NCBI GenBank assembly: GCA_038087875.1
Contig: CM075995.1
Span: 7,750,001 to 7,814,000, forward strand
Origin: Malacoraja senta
Taxonomy: Eukaryota
Length of the DNA: 64,000 nt
Reading direction: 5' to 3'
Under the pieces are notes generated by a model. The model was not told where the DNA came from, made no database searches, and saw only the letters and a list, made by a program, of their open reading frames with translations. A program made the position numbers and the translations under genes. Shown piece after piece: positions 13,568 through 26,274 of this stretch. How positions within the stretch are numbered: the first letter of the stretch is position 1; each line of letters starts with the position of its first letter.

Positions 13568-14722
13568 CAGTGATTCCCAACCTGGGGCCATATGGCAAAT
13601 CTCAGGGGGGGCACAGAAATTTTTTGGGATTTAGGGGGCCACAGGTTCAATGAAGGGGGCCACAGAGCTACCACCCTGTTGCCTCCTAAATTTCAGTTCT
13701 ACTAAATTTAAATCTATGTAGTTGAAATATATTTTTGAATTTTATTTATGAAATTATTTTCATTTTCTTATATAATTATTATAGTAATTCAAAAATTATC
13801 TAATTTTCGGCCTCTTTGACAATATGGCATATTTGACTATATGTAGCTCTCCATAATCTGTCAATCTAGTGACTAGCAACTATTTACGAGTTACTAATCA
13901 CAAAACATTGCGTTTCTTTCCATTCGACGTACAACAACGTTGTAATGATTTATTAGTTATACGCTTGGCAGTGTCGTATCCATTTTCCACGCCGCCAATG
14001 ACCGTTGCAGTTGCGACGCCAGATGAATGTTGTTAAATCAGTCAGTCAGTATCCATGTTCCAACTTGCACCACCATTTCTGCTCCGTGACAATCTTGTTT
14101 GTGTGCAGCATTGTTTTTGATTTTGGTGAGTATCTTCTCATTCATCATAAAAAAACTAATATTATACGGAAACCCTAAGCATATTTATAAAATACTGGAC
14201 CAAGTGCAGACCCGTTGGGTCTGTTCCCACAACGCGCAGTTGCAAGGGGAGGGGGCGGCCTGACGTCATCGCGCAACACCACACGCTAGACGTACGCCGT
14301 CAAGACGCTGCATACGACGTCAAGACGCTGTGTACGCCCGTCGACTAAGCTGCGTAAGCCCTCAATGCGCCTGCGGGCCGACAGGCCGTTGCCGTCAAGA
14401 CGCTGCGTACGCCCTCAATGCGCCCATTTGAGACAAATGCAGCTGATGTTGATATCATACTGCAAGAAAGCCTCATTGAGTTGCAGAGTAATCAAATTGC
14501 TCAAGCTAAATTTAAACATGGCTTCAATAACTTATGGACAAGTAGCGAAATTCCCATTGGTCTGGCAGGAAGTAAAATTATATTTCATTGCCTTTCCAAT
14601 GTCTTACCTAGTTGAGTCAGGTTTTAGCCGAGTGTCTCAGAGTGTCAAAAGCTCGCAACCGCTTAGAAATTGTAAGTAGAGGTGTTCTTCGTCTGTCTCT
14701 AACAACCATTGACCCTGACATG
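13568..14722 (+). mobile_element. hAT (Charlie/Buster-type) transposon remnant
   Basis: Left TIR CAGTGATTCCCAACCTGGGG preceded by ggttaaag (nnnTAnnn target); dimerisation-domain remnant LQESLIELQ...FPMSYLVESGFS...RNRL. Right end not found. Confidence 0.75.
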
Positions 14723-14726
14723 TCTG

Positions 14727-15120
14727 TATACGCTGGAATTCAGAAGGATGAGAGGTAATCTTATTGAAACATATACGATTATTAAGGGGTTGGGCACGCT
14801 AGAGGCAGGAAACATGTTCCCGATGTCTGGGGAAGTCCAGAACCAGGGTCCACAGTTTAAGAATAAGGGGTAAGCCATTTAGAACGGAGATGAGGAAACA
14901 CTTTTTCACACAGAGAGTTGTGAGTCTGTGGAATTCTCTGGAAGCCGGTTCTCTGGATACTTTCAAGAGAGAGCGAGATAGGGCTCTTGAAGATAGCAGA
15001 GTCAGGATATGGGGAGAAGGCAGGAACGGGGTACTGATTGTGGATGATCAGCCATGATCACATTGAATGGCGGTGCTGGCTTGAAGGGCCGAATGGCCTA
15101 CTCCTGCACCTATTGTCTAG
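14727..15120 (+). mobile_element. Young CR1 subfamily 3' fragment with (TGTCTAT)n tail
   Basis: Highly similar copies at ~15855-16240(+), 29471-30040(-), 34535-34786(-), 35118-35340(+) and 56740-57056(-). Confidence 0.85.
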
Positions 15121-15854
15121 ACCAGAGTGTGGTAGACACTGCCCAGTCCATCACAGGTTAACTAGTAATATGGTTATACATTTATTTTATTACAGTAAAC
15201 CCTTGCTGTAACAGGCCATGGGGGGAGGGGAAGAATGATGTCTGTTATAAGTGGGTAATGGGTTATCATTATGTGGGTTTTGTGTATTAACCAGCGTCTG
15301 TGGTTGTTTGAACCACAGGTGTTGGTTAATACAGAAAAGAACACAAAGACAGACACAAAATGCTGGAGTAACTCAGCGGGACAGGCACCATCTCTGGATA
15401 GAAGGAATGGGCGACACAAAGAACACAAAGTTCTGGAGTAACTCAGCAGGTCAGGCAGCATCTCTGGAAAACATGGATAGGTGACGTTTCGGGTTGGGAC
15501 CCTTCTTCAGACTCGGTCTGGAACTGGGCCTGGAATCCAGATGAGTTGACAGCCCTGGCCTGCTGGTGGCTGGCGGAGAGGCACGGATCGCCAGAGTCAA
15601 CGGTCGTGGAGAGAGTGCAGGTAAGGGTCAGCAGTGGCAAGTGCGGCTTAGAAGGGGCCGAGGAAGCTGTGTGGGCCGGGGTTGGCGTCGGCAGCCCAGC
15701 CTGGCGGTGAAGGTTGGTAGGTCTGCCCGCTATAACGGAAATCCATTATAAAGAGGTTTGTAAAAACAAGGGTTTACTGTATTATATATTTATCTGTGTT
15801 TTAACTCTTGACTCTATAGTTCTGTAATGTTATATCCTTCAGAAAAGGACAGAG

Positions 15855-16240
15855 TGGGATGAGGGGGGATTTCATTGAAACATACAAGATTATTAAGGGT
15901 TTGGACACGTTAGAGGCAGGAAACATGTTCCCGATGTTGGGGGAGTCCAGAACCAGGGGCCACAGTTTAAGAATAAGGAGTAAGCCATTTAGAACGGAGA
16001 CAAGGAAACACTTCTTCACACAAAGAGTTGTGAGTCTGTGGAATTCTCTGCCTCAGAGGACGGTGGAGGCTGCTTCTCTGGATACTTTCAAGAGAGAGCT
16101 AGATAGGGCTCTTAAAGATAACGGAGTCAGAGGATAAGGGGAGAAGGCAGGAACTGGGTACTGATTGGGGATGATCACATTGAATGGCGGTGCTGGCTCG
16201 AAGGGCTGAATGGCCTACTCCTGCACCTATTGTCTATTGA
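15855..16240 (+). mobile_element. Young CR1 subfamily 3' fragment
   Basis: MRGDFIETYKIIKGLD...FFTQRVVSLWNSLP ORF followed by 3' UTR. Confidence 0.85.
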
Positions 16241-17079
16241 CGGAGGAGGCTCAAGTCAAGTCGAGTGAGTTTATTGTCATGTGTCCCTGGTAGGACAATG
16301 AAATTCTTGCTTTGCTTGAGCACAACAGAACATAGTAGGCATTTACTACAAGGCATTCTATAAATATATACACAATGGTCAATATACTGATAAAGTGCAA
16401 ATAACAGTATTGGCTAGTAAAGTTCAGTGTTATGTCCGAGCCAGGTTTAATAGCCTGATGGCTGTGGGGAAGGAAATATACTAAATAAAACCAGGAAATT
16501 TTAGTCATGAAAGAATAAAATCGTCCAGCAAGTACTGTAAAACTGTCATTGTAGGTCATTAAGATGTGTTGTTTACCCATACACTGTGTCCATTACATAA
16601 TTAATGTGAAAAGTACAACAATACTAAAGAAGAGAGAAGTTGTTCAAGTGATTTTTTCCTCATGCATCCTAGCAACATCAAATGATAGTGAAGCCAGCCA
16701 ATAATTTTGGCAGTGTGAACCAAAGATACTTGAGCTCTATGATCTTTGGTGTGAACATTCACACTGTTGTTTCCATGCAACTACCCTGAGATAGTCATTG
16801 TTTAGAGATGCTAGTGTGGCAGAATCATGCATGCAATTAAGATAGAATAGACTCCACAAGGCAAAACCTGCCCTCGGGCTGATTCCTGAAGTCAGTTTCC
16901 ACGTGGCTATCCCCTGATGGAACACGCAGGCTGCAAACAGCAAAGTACACGCCAACATGCTGAGATGGCAAATTGTGTGCTAGTTCCTTTCAATTCAAAG
17001 TCAATGGGTTAGCGTGCCTCATTAGCACCATACAGATCTCACCAGATACCTGATGCTGCTTCGGCAAGGCCAGCAAGAG

Positions 17080-18670
17080 TCAAGTTTTATTGTCATATGT
17101 CCCAGATAGGACAATGAAATTCATACTTGCTGCAGCACAACAGAATATGTAAACATCGTACATAACGAGGGAAAAAAAAGTTCAGTGTGTATATACACAT
17201 GCACACATACTCAATAAATAAACAAATATAGTGCAATAATAATAAGTCTATTATAGTTCAGAGCTTATTTGTTGTCATGTTCAAGAAGGAACTGCTGGAA
17301 AATCGAAGGTAGACAAAAATGCTGGAGAAACTCAGCGAGTGCGGCAGCATCTATGGAGCGAAGGATCATGTTGTCATGTTTAATAGCCTGATGGCTATAG
17401 GGGAGAAGCTGTTCCTCAACCTGGTCGTTACAGTTTTCAGGCTCCCGTACCTTCTTCCTGATGGCAACGGTGCAATGAGTGGGCGGTGTGGGTCGATGAT
17501 GTTGGCTGCCTTTTTGAGGCAGCGACTGCGATAGATCCCTTCGATGGTGGGGAGGTCAGAGCTGGTGATGGACTGGGCAGTGGGCACAACTTTTTGCAGT
17601 CTTTTCCCCTCCTGGATGTTCAAGTTGCTGAACCAAGCCACGATGCAGCCAGTCAGTATGCTCTCCACTGTGCACCTGTGGAAGTTCAAGAGAATCCTCT
17701 TTGACATACTAACTCTCCGTAATCTTCTCAGAAAGTAGAGGCGCTGATGTGCCTTCTTTATAATTGCATTATTCTGCTGGGACCAGGAAAGATCTTCGGA
17801 AATATGCACGCCCAGAAATTTGAAGTTTTTGACCCTCTCCACCATCGTCCGTCCCATTGATTAAAAACAGGGTTGTGGGTCCTCATCCTTCCCCTTCCAA
17901 AGTGCACAATCAGTTACTTGGTTTTGCTGATGTTGAGAGCCAGGTTGTTGTGCTGACAGCATTTGGTCAGTCGGACGATCTCACTTCTATACTCTGATTC
18001 ATCACCATCTGTAATTCGTCCAACAACAGTGGTGTCGTCGGCAAACTTGAAGATGGAGTTTGCCCTACATCCGGCTACACAGTCATGAGTATAGAGTGAG
18101 TAAAGCAGGTGGCTGAGCACAGCCTTGAGGTGCTCCCGTACTGAATGTTACTGAGGATGAGGTATTTCCGCCAATTCGGACAGACTGTGGTCTGTGGATG
18201 AGGAAGTCGAGGATCCAATTACAGAGGGATGCGCAGAGACCCAGTTCCGTGTCAAAAAATCAGTTATTTAATTTCAACACGTTACAAACCCCCCCCCCCT
18301 CCCCCCAAAAAAACGTGGTGACATACCCACCACCACGTTACAAAATCATCAAACAACTGTGTTACAAATATTCTAATAACTACTGTACAACCCCGGTAAA
18401 GGGGCAAGCATCTGCTTCTTCCGCCTGGTAAGCGAACTGTAGTGGGTCGAGGTTCTTGTCGAGGTAGGAGTTGATATACCCCATAACCAACCTCTCAAAG
18501 CACTTCAGCACCACAGATGTTAGTGCCACTGGTCGGTAACCGTTAAGGCACGTCACCTTACTCTTCTTGGGCACCGGTATTATTGATGCCCTCTTAAAGC
18601 AGGTGGGAACACCAGACCTCAGAAGTGAGAGGTTGAAAATGTCTGCAAAAACTCCAGCCAGTTGGTCTTC
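17080..18670 (-). mobile_element. Rex1/Babar LINE fragment (RT domain to 3' end)
   Basis: [51 protein letters not shown] and VERVKNFKFLGVHI. Confidence 0.88.
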
Positions 18671-19547
18671 CCAGTGTTATCAGGCAACTGAACCATCCAT
18701 CCTACCACAACTAGAGAGCAGTTGTGAACTACAACGTGTAGGAAGGAACTGCAGGTGCTTGTTTACACTGAAGATAGATACAAAATGCTGGAGTAATTCA
18801 GCGGGACAGGCAGCATCTCTGGATAGAAGGAATGGGTGATGTTTCGGGTCAAGACCCTTATTCAGACTACTACCTCATTGGAGACCCTCAGACTATCTTT
18901 CATCAGATTTACTTGCACTGAACGTTATTCCCTTTATCCTGTATCTACACTGTAAACGGCTCGATTGTAATCATGTATTGTCTTTCCGCTGACTGGTTAG
19001 CACGCAACAAAAGCTTTTCACTGTGCCTCGGTACAGGTGACAATAAACTAAACTCAAACTCAAAAATACCTGTCTGGGGCTAGCAGAGTGAGCACATACA
19101 ACAACTTGCATTTACATGGTGTTCATATCACTGCAGAACATATCAAAGCCCTTCACAATTGTTTTATCAAACAACATTTGACACAGAGATATTAGGATAG
19201 GTGAGTAAGAGGGGTGATTTTTGGACAATCTTGGATTGATCTTGTTGAAGAACAATCTTGAAGGATGGGGCAAATAAATGGGCAGGTAGCAAAGTCCAGA
19301 ATATAGATCGCAAACAGCGAATGCACCAAATAAATTTAGGAATATACATACACGGTGACAATTGGATAAATTCACAGTTCTGGGAGGGCTGTAGAGTGGT
19401 ATAGAAATGAAACAGGTTTGGGCCATGGAGATTTGAAAAACTTTGGGCTATGAACAAATGAAACTCTGAACAAGACGGAACAGGGACAGCAGAATTACGT
19501 TGGGGAGATTTGAAAGGTAGAGGCTGTACAATAATAATACATACAAG

Positions 19548-20535
19548 GGCAGCACGGTGGCACAGCCGGAGTGTTGCTGCCTTGCAGTGCCAGAGACCTA
19601 GATTCGATCCTGACTACGGATGCTTTCTGCACGTTCCACCCGTGACCTGCATGGGTTTTCCCCAGGTGCTCCGGTTTCCTCTCACAGATGTACAGGTTTG
19701 TAGGTTAATAGAAACATAGAAGCATAGAAAATAGGTGCAGGAGTAGGCCATTCGGCCTTTCGAGCCTGCACCGCCATTCAATATGATCATGGCTGATCAT
19801 CCAACTCAGTATCCTGTATCTGCCTTCTCTCCATACCCCCTGATCCCTTTAGCCACAAGGGCCACATCTAACTCCCTCTCAACAACCTTCTGTGGCAGAG
19901 AATTCCACAGATTCACCACTCTGTGTGAAAAATGTTTTTATCATCTCGGTCCTAAAAGACTTCCCCCTTATCCTTAAATTGTGACCCCTTGTTCTGGACT
20001 TCCCCAACATCGGGAACAATCTTCCTGCATCTAGCCTGTCCAACCCAGTAAGAATTTTGTAAGTTTCTATAAGATCCCCCCTCAATCTTCTAAATTCTAG
20101 CGAGTACAAGCCGGTGTCTATCCAGTCTTTCTTCATATGAAAGTCCCGCCATCCCAGGAATCAGTCTGGTGAACCTTCTCTGTACTCCCTCTCTGGCAAG
20201 AATGTCTTTCCTCAGATTAGGAGACCAAAACTGTATGCAATACTCCAGGTGTGGTCTCACCAAGACCCTGTACAACTGCAGTAGAACCTCCCTGCTCCTA
20301 TACTCAAATCCTTTTGCTATGAATGCTAACATACTATTCACTTTCATCACTGCCTGCTGCACCTGCATGCCTACTTTCAATGACTGGTGTACCATGACAC
20401 CCAGGTCTTGTTGCATCTCCCCTTTTCCTAAAACTGTAAATTGTCCCCAGTGTGTGTAGGATAGTGTTAGTGCGGAGATTGCTGGTTTGCACGGACTCAA
20501 TAGGCAGAAGGGCCTGTTTCTGCACTGTATCACTA
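19548..20535. mobile_element. V-SINE (+) interrupted by a CR1 fragment (-, ~19710-20430)
   Basis: SINE head at 19548 resumes at ~20432; CR1 ORF LYRVLVRPHLEYCIQFWSP lies between. Confidence 0.75.
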
Positions 20536-21726
20536 AATAAGATAAAGGCGTGGATGAAGACTCAAAAACAGCTGAGGGAGGCAAACAGGCCACATGTCAC
20601 AAAGTGCTGGGGGAACTCGAGTCAGGCAGCATCTGTGGAAGGGACTTTCAGGTAATGTTTCATGTCGAGATCCTTCTTCAGACCCCGTGACTAAAGAAGA
20701 TGCCCGCGCACTGACCATTCCCTCTACAGATGCAGCCCGATCTGCTGAGTACCTCCAGCACTTTATATTTTGCCCAGGATTCCGGCATTGGAACTCCTTG
20801 GGTCTCCAGGCTAAGTTACAAAAGTGGATGCATGCCATCATGCAGTTCGAAACACTTCCCAGGACCGAGATAGAGGCCAAGCTTCAAAAAAGTTTTAAGC
20901 CTCAAAACAGCTCGGGAACAGAATGAGGTAACGAGGTTCACCCTTCCTATTAATCAGCTCTTGGGAATTTCTGCTCATGTCGTGAAATGATCAAGCGATT
21001 TCAGAGCAAGCAGTAACATGCAAACAGTTAGCCGAAAACTCCCACTTCAGGTACAATTTATCATAAAGCACGCAAGTGGCATGGATATTGCACAAGATTA
21101 CAAGAAACAAAACTCGTTTGGAAAGCAACATCAAACCTAAACGCGTGATGCATACACAGTAATCCGAACATCCAGTTGAACGAACAGCAAACCTCTAGCC
21201 AAATCTAGTTGCAGCTGACCCTGGAGAAACAGGTCCCCAAGGGGGAAAAAAACCCTCAGGAGGGCTGGCCTGGGAGAAGTGAGGAGAAGGACAGGGGTGG
21301 GGTGGGGGTAACAACTCTCTCCAACTGCCGAGACACCGTTCCCCCCCCCCCCCTCTACTGATGCTGCCTGAACTATTCCGCAGTTCCCAGAATTTGCTGA
21401 ATGTATTACAGAATTTCCAGCATCTACTTCTGGATTTTCAACAGGTTCCAGATGTCACTTCCTCCGCTTTGTTTTTTTATACACACACCGAAGCAGAGAG
21501 CGAGAGAGAGAAGAAACATTTTAATAACAGCTTTGCCCCAAAACTTTTCTCCACTTTGAATGGAAATCGACTGTGCTTTTTTTGTTGCGTGTGAGAAGGG
21601 GGGGGGGTTTGTGTGTGTTCCTTTGCTGGGAAATGACTCCCGTCTCGTCTGCTGGTGATTTAAAAGACAAAAGGAGGGCTTGGGGGTATAAAAGGCGGCA
21701 GCAGCAGCACAAGCAGTGATGTTTGG

Positions 21727-22480
21727 ACCCCCCCCAACCCCAATTATTCCCACCATTCCCCACCCTCAGCCCCTACCAAAAACCCTCCAACATCCACCTA
21801 TTCCCCCCCCCTCCACCTAACCCCACCACCCACCCTACACCTAAACTGCCCCCATCCACCTCCCCACTTCACACAATTCCCCTAACCCTCCACACCAATC
21901 ACTCGCAAGTCACCCGCTCCCAACTCCCCCAACCCCCTACACCCACCCAACCCCCCCATCTCCCCTACCCCCCTACACCCACCCACCCCCACATCTCCCC
22001 TAACCCCCTACACCCACCCAAACCCCAACCAATTCCCACCCATCTCCCCTAACCCCCTCCACCCACCTAAAACCCACACAAATCTCCCCCATCTCCCACC
22101 CATCTCCCCTAACCCCCTCCACCCACCCAAACCCCATCAAACTCCCCCCCATCTCCACTAAGCCCCTACACCCACCAACCCCCCTAACCTCCTCCACCCA
22201 CCAACCCCCTTAACCCCCACCCAACTACCCCCCCCATCTCCCCTAGCCCCCTCCACCCACCCAAACCCCAACACCCACCCAACCCCTCCATCTCCACCAA
22301 CTCCCACCCATCTCCCCACACCCACCTAACTCCCACCCATCTCCCCTAACCCCCTCCACCCACCCAACTCCTCTAACCCCCTACACCCACCCAAACCCCA
22401 CCTAACTTCCCCATTCCACTCCCCCACAGAACCATAACCGCCACATAACACTCCCCCACCCTCCATCTTCCACCCAAACC
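21727..22480. repeat. C/A-rich low-complexity tract (G-rich on PARD6G sense strand)
   Basis: Degenerate ccatctcccctaaccccct/acacccacc units with almost no G on the plus strand. Confidence 0.9.
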
Positions 22481-22485
22481 ACACA

Positions 22486-23356
22486 TAGAAACAAAGAAAA
22501 ATAGGCGCAGCGGTAGGCCATTCAGCCCTTCGAGCCAGCACCGCCATTCAATAGGATCATGGCTGATCATCCAAAATTAGTATCCCGTTCCTGCTTTCTC
22601 CCTATATCCCTTGATTCCTTTGGCCCTCAGAGCTATATCTAACTCTCTCTTGAAAACATCCAGTGAATTGGCCGAAAAAGTTTTCCCCCATCTGTCCTAA
22701 ATGGCCTACCCCTTATTCTTAAAATGTGACCCCAGATTCTGCATCCCCCCAACATCGGGAACATTGTTCCTGCATCTACCCTGTCCAATCCCTTAAGAAT
22801 TTTAAATGCGTTTCTATAAGATCCTTCTAAATTCCAGTGAATATAAGCCCAGTCGCTCCCTTCTCCCCCGTGCCCCCCCCCCCCAACCTTCCTAATTTGA
22901 GGAAGGACATTCTTGCTATTGAGGGAGTGCAGCGTAGGTTCACAAGGGTAATTCCCAGAATGGTGGGACTGACATATGATGAAAGAATGGGTCGACTGGG
23001 CTTGTATTCGCTGGAATTCAGAAGAATTTTATAGAATCATATAACATTCTTAGAGGATTGGATAGGGCTAGAGGCAGGAAAAATGTTCCCTGATGTTGGG
23101 GGAGTCCAGAACCAGGGGTCACACAGTTTAAGAATAAGGGGTAGGTCATTTAGGATTAAGACGAGGAAAAACTTTTTCAATCACCCAGAGATTTGTGAGT
23201 CTGTGGAATTCTCTGCCACAGAAGGCAGTGGAAGCCAATTCACTGGAAGTTTTCAAGAGAGAGTTAGATTGAGCTCCTAGAGCCAAGGGAATCAGGGGAT
23301 CTGGGGGAGATATGGGGTCCTGATTGTGGATGATCAGCCATGATCACATTGAATGG
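22486..23356. mobile_element. Two CR1 3' fragments in opposite orientation immediately 3' of exon 1
   Basis: Minus copy ~22486-22830; plus copy ~22890-23356 (NLRKDILAIEGVQRRFTR). Confidence 0.8.
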
Positions 23357-23397
23357 GGGTTTCTTGGTTTCTTCACCCCCCCCCCATCCATCCTCAC

Positions 23398-23469
23398 CTT
23401 ACTCTTCACCTCCACCGCCACCATGTCCAAGCCCCTCAGCGAGCCCGCTCTGCCGTAACTTCTACTCAT
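23398..23469 (-). CDS. PARD6G: Par-6 family cell polarity regulator (gamma-like), coding exon 1
   Basis: Minus strand reads MSRSYGRAGSLRGLDMVAVEVKSK (72 nt, 24 codons) followed by donor GTGAG. It ends in the Par-6 VEVKSK motif, has the same coding length as human PARD6G exon 1, and splices in phase 0 to exon 2. Confidence 0.9.
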
Positions 23470-24130
23470 ACTCCTCCTCCTTTATCGTGCTGATCGTTCC
23501 GCCTGGAGCGGGGGGAAGGAAAGAGGGAGGGTGGGTGAGGGCCGACGACGACGACGACGACTCTCCCGCCGCTCTCACTCTCTCTCTCTCTCTCTCTCCG
23601 TGTCCCGGAGCCGAGCAGAGCCCGGACCGTTGACCGTTGCTCCCGCCGCCGTCTCTCCCTCTCTCTCGCCGCGCACCGATGAGATCACTCGGCTCCACAC
23701 CAAACAGCTCCTCCCGACCTGCGGGCGGCGCTGCAGACAGGAGGACCATTAATCATTTTCACACACACATCTACATTCAGCTCCTCCAGACCTGCGGGCG
23801 GCGCTGCAGGCAGGAGGACCATAGATCATTTTCACACACATACATATCCACACTCAGCTCCTCCCGACCTGCGGGCGGCGCTGCAGGCAGGAGGACCATT
23901 GATCATATACACACACACACATCTACATTTAGCTCCTCCCGACCTGCGGGTGGCGCTGCAGGCAGGAGGACCATTGATCATATTCACACACACACACACA
24001 CACATCTACATTTAGCTCCTCCCGACCTGCGGGCGGTGCTGCAGGCAGGAGGACCATTGATCATCCACACACACACACACATCCATACAGCTCCTCTCCA
24101 ACTGTGGGCGGCGCTGCAGGCAGGAGGACC
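23400..24130 (-). promoter_or_regulatory. CpG-island promoter / 5' UTR region of PARD6G
   Basis: High GC and CpG density around and upstream of the ATG, with (GAC)n and (CT)n tracts. The TSS cannot be located from sequence. Confidence 0.7.
23705..24130. repeat. Six-unit minisatellite: ~43-nt GC-rich core plus (CA)n spacer
   Basis: Core cagctcctcccgacctgcgggcggcgctgcaggcaggaggacc starts at ~23705, 23778, 23855, 23930, 24013 and 24088 (period 73-83 nt). Confidence 0.95.
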
Positions 24131-24456
24131 TGTACAGCACAGGAACAGGCCCTTCGGCCCAAAGATCCTATGGCGAGCAAGATAGACCACTCGACGAAAA
24201 AGACGTAGTACGGTCATGGGCAGATTCATGGGTAATTTTCGGCCCCATTTCCGTCTCCGCACCAAAGATCCCATCACAGCGGAGCAAACATACTAGTGCG
24301 GAGACGGAAGCCGGTTACGGAAATATCCTCGTAAAAATAAAAGTTCTTTGGTAAAATCTTCTCATTTTCAGAATTATAATTTATTAACACAAACTGTTCC
24401 CCTGCAACGGAAAATTATGGTTTCATATTATTTAATCCATTAAGGACCTTCCACAA

Positions 24457-24551
24457 GTCTGAAGAAGGGTGTCGGCCCGAAACGTTGCCTATCTCCTTTG
24501 CTCCATAGATGCTGCTGCACCCGCTGAGTTTCTCCAGCATTTTTGTGTACC
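24457..24551 (+). mobile_element. Solo Penelope pLTR module with minimal hammerhead-like core
   Basis: gtctgaagaagggtgtcggcccgaaacgttgcc...; 16-bp TSD taaggaccttccacaa at 24441-24456 and 24552-24567. Confidence 0.85.
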
Positions 24552-25225
24552 TAAGGACCTTCCACAATCCTACCTATTGTAGTAACTACGCATTTATAGT
24601 CACTTATCAGTAGTCAGGGTAATGAAGAAGGCTTCTACCACTCTTGCCTTTAGCAGGCAGTGCAAAGGTTGGTGCATCACCGTACAGCTACACATAAGGC
24701 AGGGGAATCAAGAACCAGTTTAAGGTGAAAGGGAAAAAAAAAATAATAGGAACCTTTTGTTTCGTTAGTTTACAGATACAGCGCGAAAACAGGTCCTTCG
24801 GCCCACCGAGTCCGCATCGGCCAGTGATCCCCGCTACACCCACTATGGACAATTCTACATTTGCACCAAGCCAATTAACCTACAACGGAAAATATGTCTT
24901 TGGAGTGTGGGAGGAAACCGAAGATCTCAGGTCACGGGGAGAACGTACAAACTCCGTACAGACAGCATCCCTAGTCAGGATCGAACCCGGGTCTCTGGCG
25001 AGGTAAGGCAGCAACACTACCGCTGTGCCACTGTACCGCCCTGGAACCTGAGTGGCAACTTTTTTATTCAGAGGGTGGTGAGAATATGGAACGAGCTGCC
25101 AGAGGAGGTAGTTTAGGTTCATTCATTGCCACATGTACCGAGGTACAATGAAAAGCTTTTGTTGCATGCTAACCAGTCAGTGGAAAGACAATACATGCTA
25201 ACCAGTCAGTGGAAAGACAAGACAA

Positions 25226-26150
25226 TGATGGAGGAGCCGCCATCTTGGAGGAACGGCTGCTAAACAACAGCCGTCCGTCAAATTCACTCTTTCTTTAGTT
25301 TTAGTGTTTTTTATTTCTTTGTTTGTTTGGGGGATTTTGACTTTTAATGTGGGGGGGGTAAGGGGGAAACTATTTCTAGGTCCCTACCTGGTCGGTGAGG
25401 CAGCTTTTTCTCCAGGCTGCCTCGTCGACCCGTCCTCGTGGCCTACCAGCGGGCATGGAGCGGCGTTTCCTGACGGGGACCGCCCAGCACCTTCAGCTTC
25501 AGTGGCGGCACAGCGCTGGAGCGCTATCGGAGAGCGTAGCGGGCGATGCCTTGCCTGGGTCGCCGCGCTGGATCGACGCGCTGGAGCCGCCGACATCAAC
25601 ACCTCCGGGCTGCGGGACTGCGGAGCCGACTCCAACATCGGGAGCCTCGTGGCTCCAAATCGGCGCGGCCCTGTCGGCTTCAGGTGCCATCGACTCCGCT
25701 GGGAAACCGGCCGTTCCAGCCGCTGCGAGGACTCTCCCGATGGCCAGGAACATCGGGCCTCCGTAGAGGCAACTGTGGTGGCCTCGATGGGCCTGACTCT
25801 GGGAAGAACTGGGTTGGGGACTGGACATTGTGCCTTCCCCCACAGTGGTGGTCATTGTGGGGGGATGATTTTGTGTGCTGTGCCTGTTAGTCCGTGTACA
25901 AGATGGCGGTCGGAGGGGAGAGTGGACACTGGCGCGAATTGGTCGCCGCTGCTCTCTCCTCAAATTGTGTTTCTTATTTTCTTTTGGTGCTCTTGAAATT
26001 GAATTCTGTCCTTGATTTGTGTACTGTGGTGTTTTTATATTTAATTTATTCCGATTATGTGTTTTGTATTTTTTTGTGATTCTATGCATTGTAAGGTGTC
26101 CTTGGGTTTTAGAAAGGCGCCAGTAAATAAAATGAATTATTATTATTATT
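25226..26150 (+). mobile_element. GC-rich non-coding interspersed element followed by an L2-type tail
   Basis: Body similar to 38985-39780; ends tgtaaggtgtccttgggttttagaaaggcgcc...(tta)n. Confidence 0.6.
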
Positions 26151-26274
26151 AATACATGATTACAATTTGCAGTGTACAGATACATGATAAATGGAGTAGC
26201 GTAATTCATGTTTTGTGTCAAGATAAAGTCCAATAAAGTCTGATTAAGCATAATCCAATGAGGTAGATAGTAGT

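Larger units (their letters stand above)
3313..23397 (-). other. PARD6G: Intron 1 of PARD6G (~20 kb)
   Basis: GT donor at 23397-23396 and AG acceptor at 3314-3313 join the two exons in frame. Confidence 0.85.

Noticed and set aside
21723-22052. Proline-rich protein ORF
   Set aside because: It is a by-product of the C-rich low-complexity tract.
23705-24130. CRISPR-like repeat-spacer array
   Set aside because: The spacers are homologous CA-rich variants of one another, there are no cas genes, and the context is vertebrate. It is a minisatellite.
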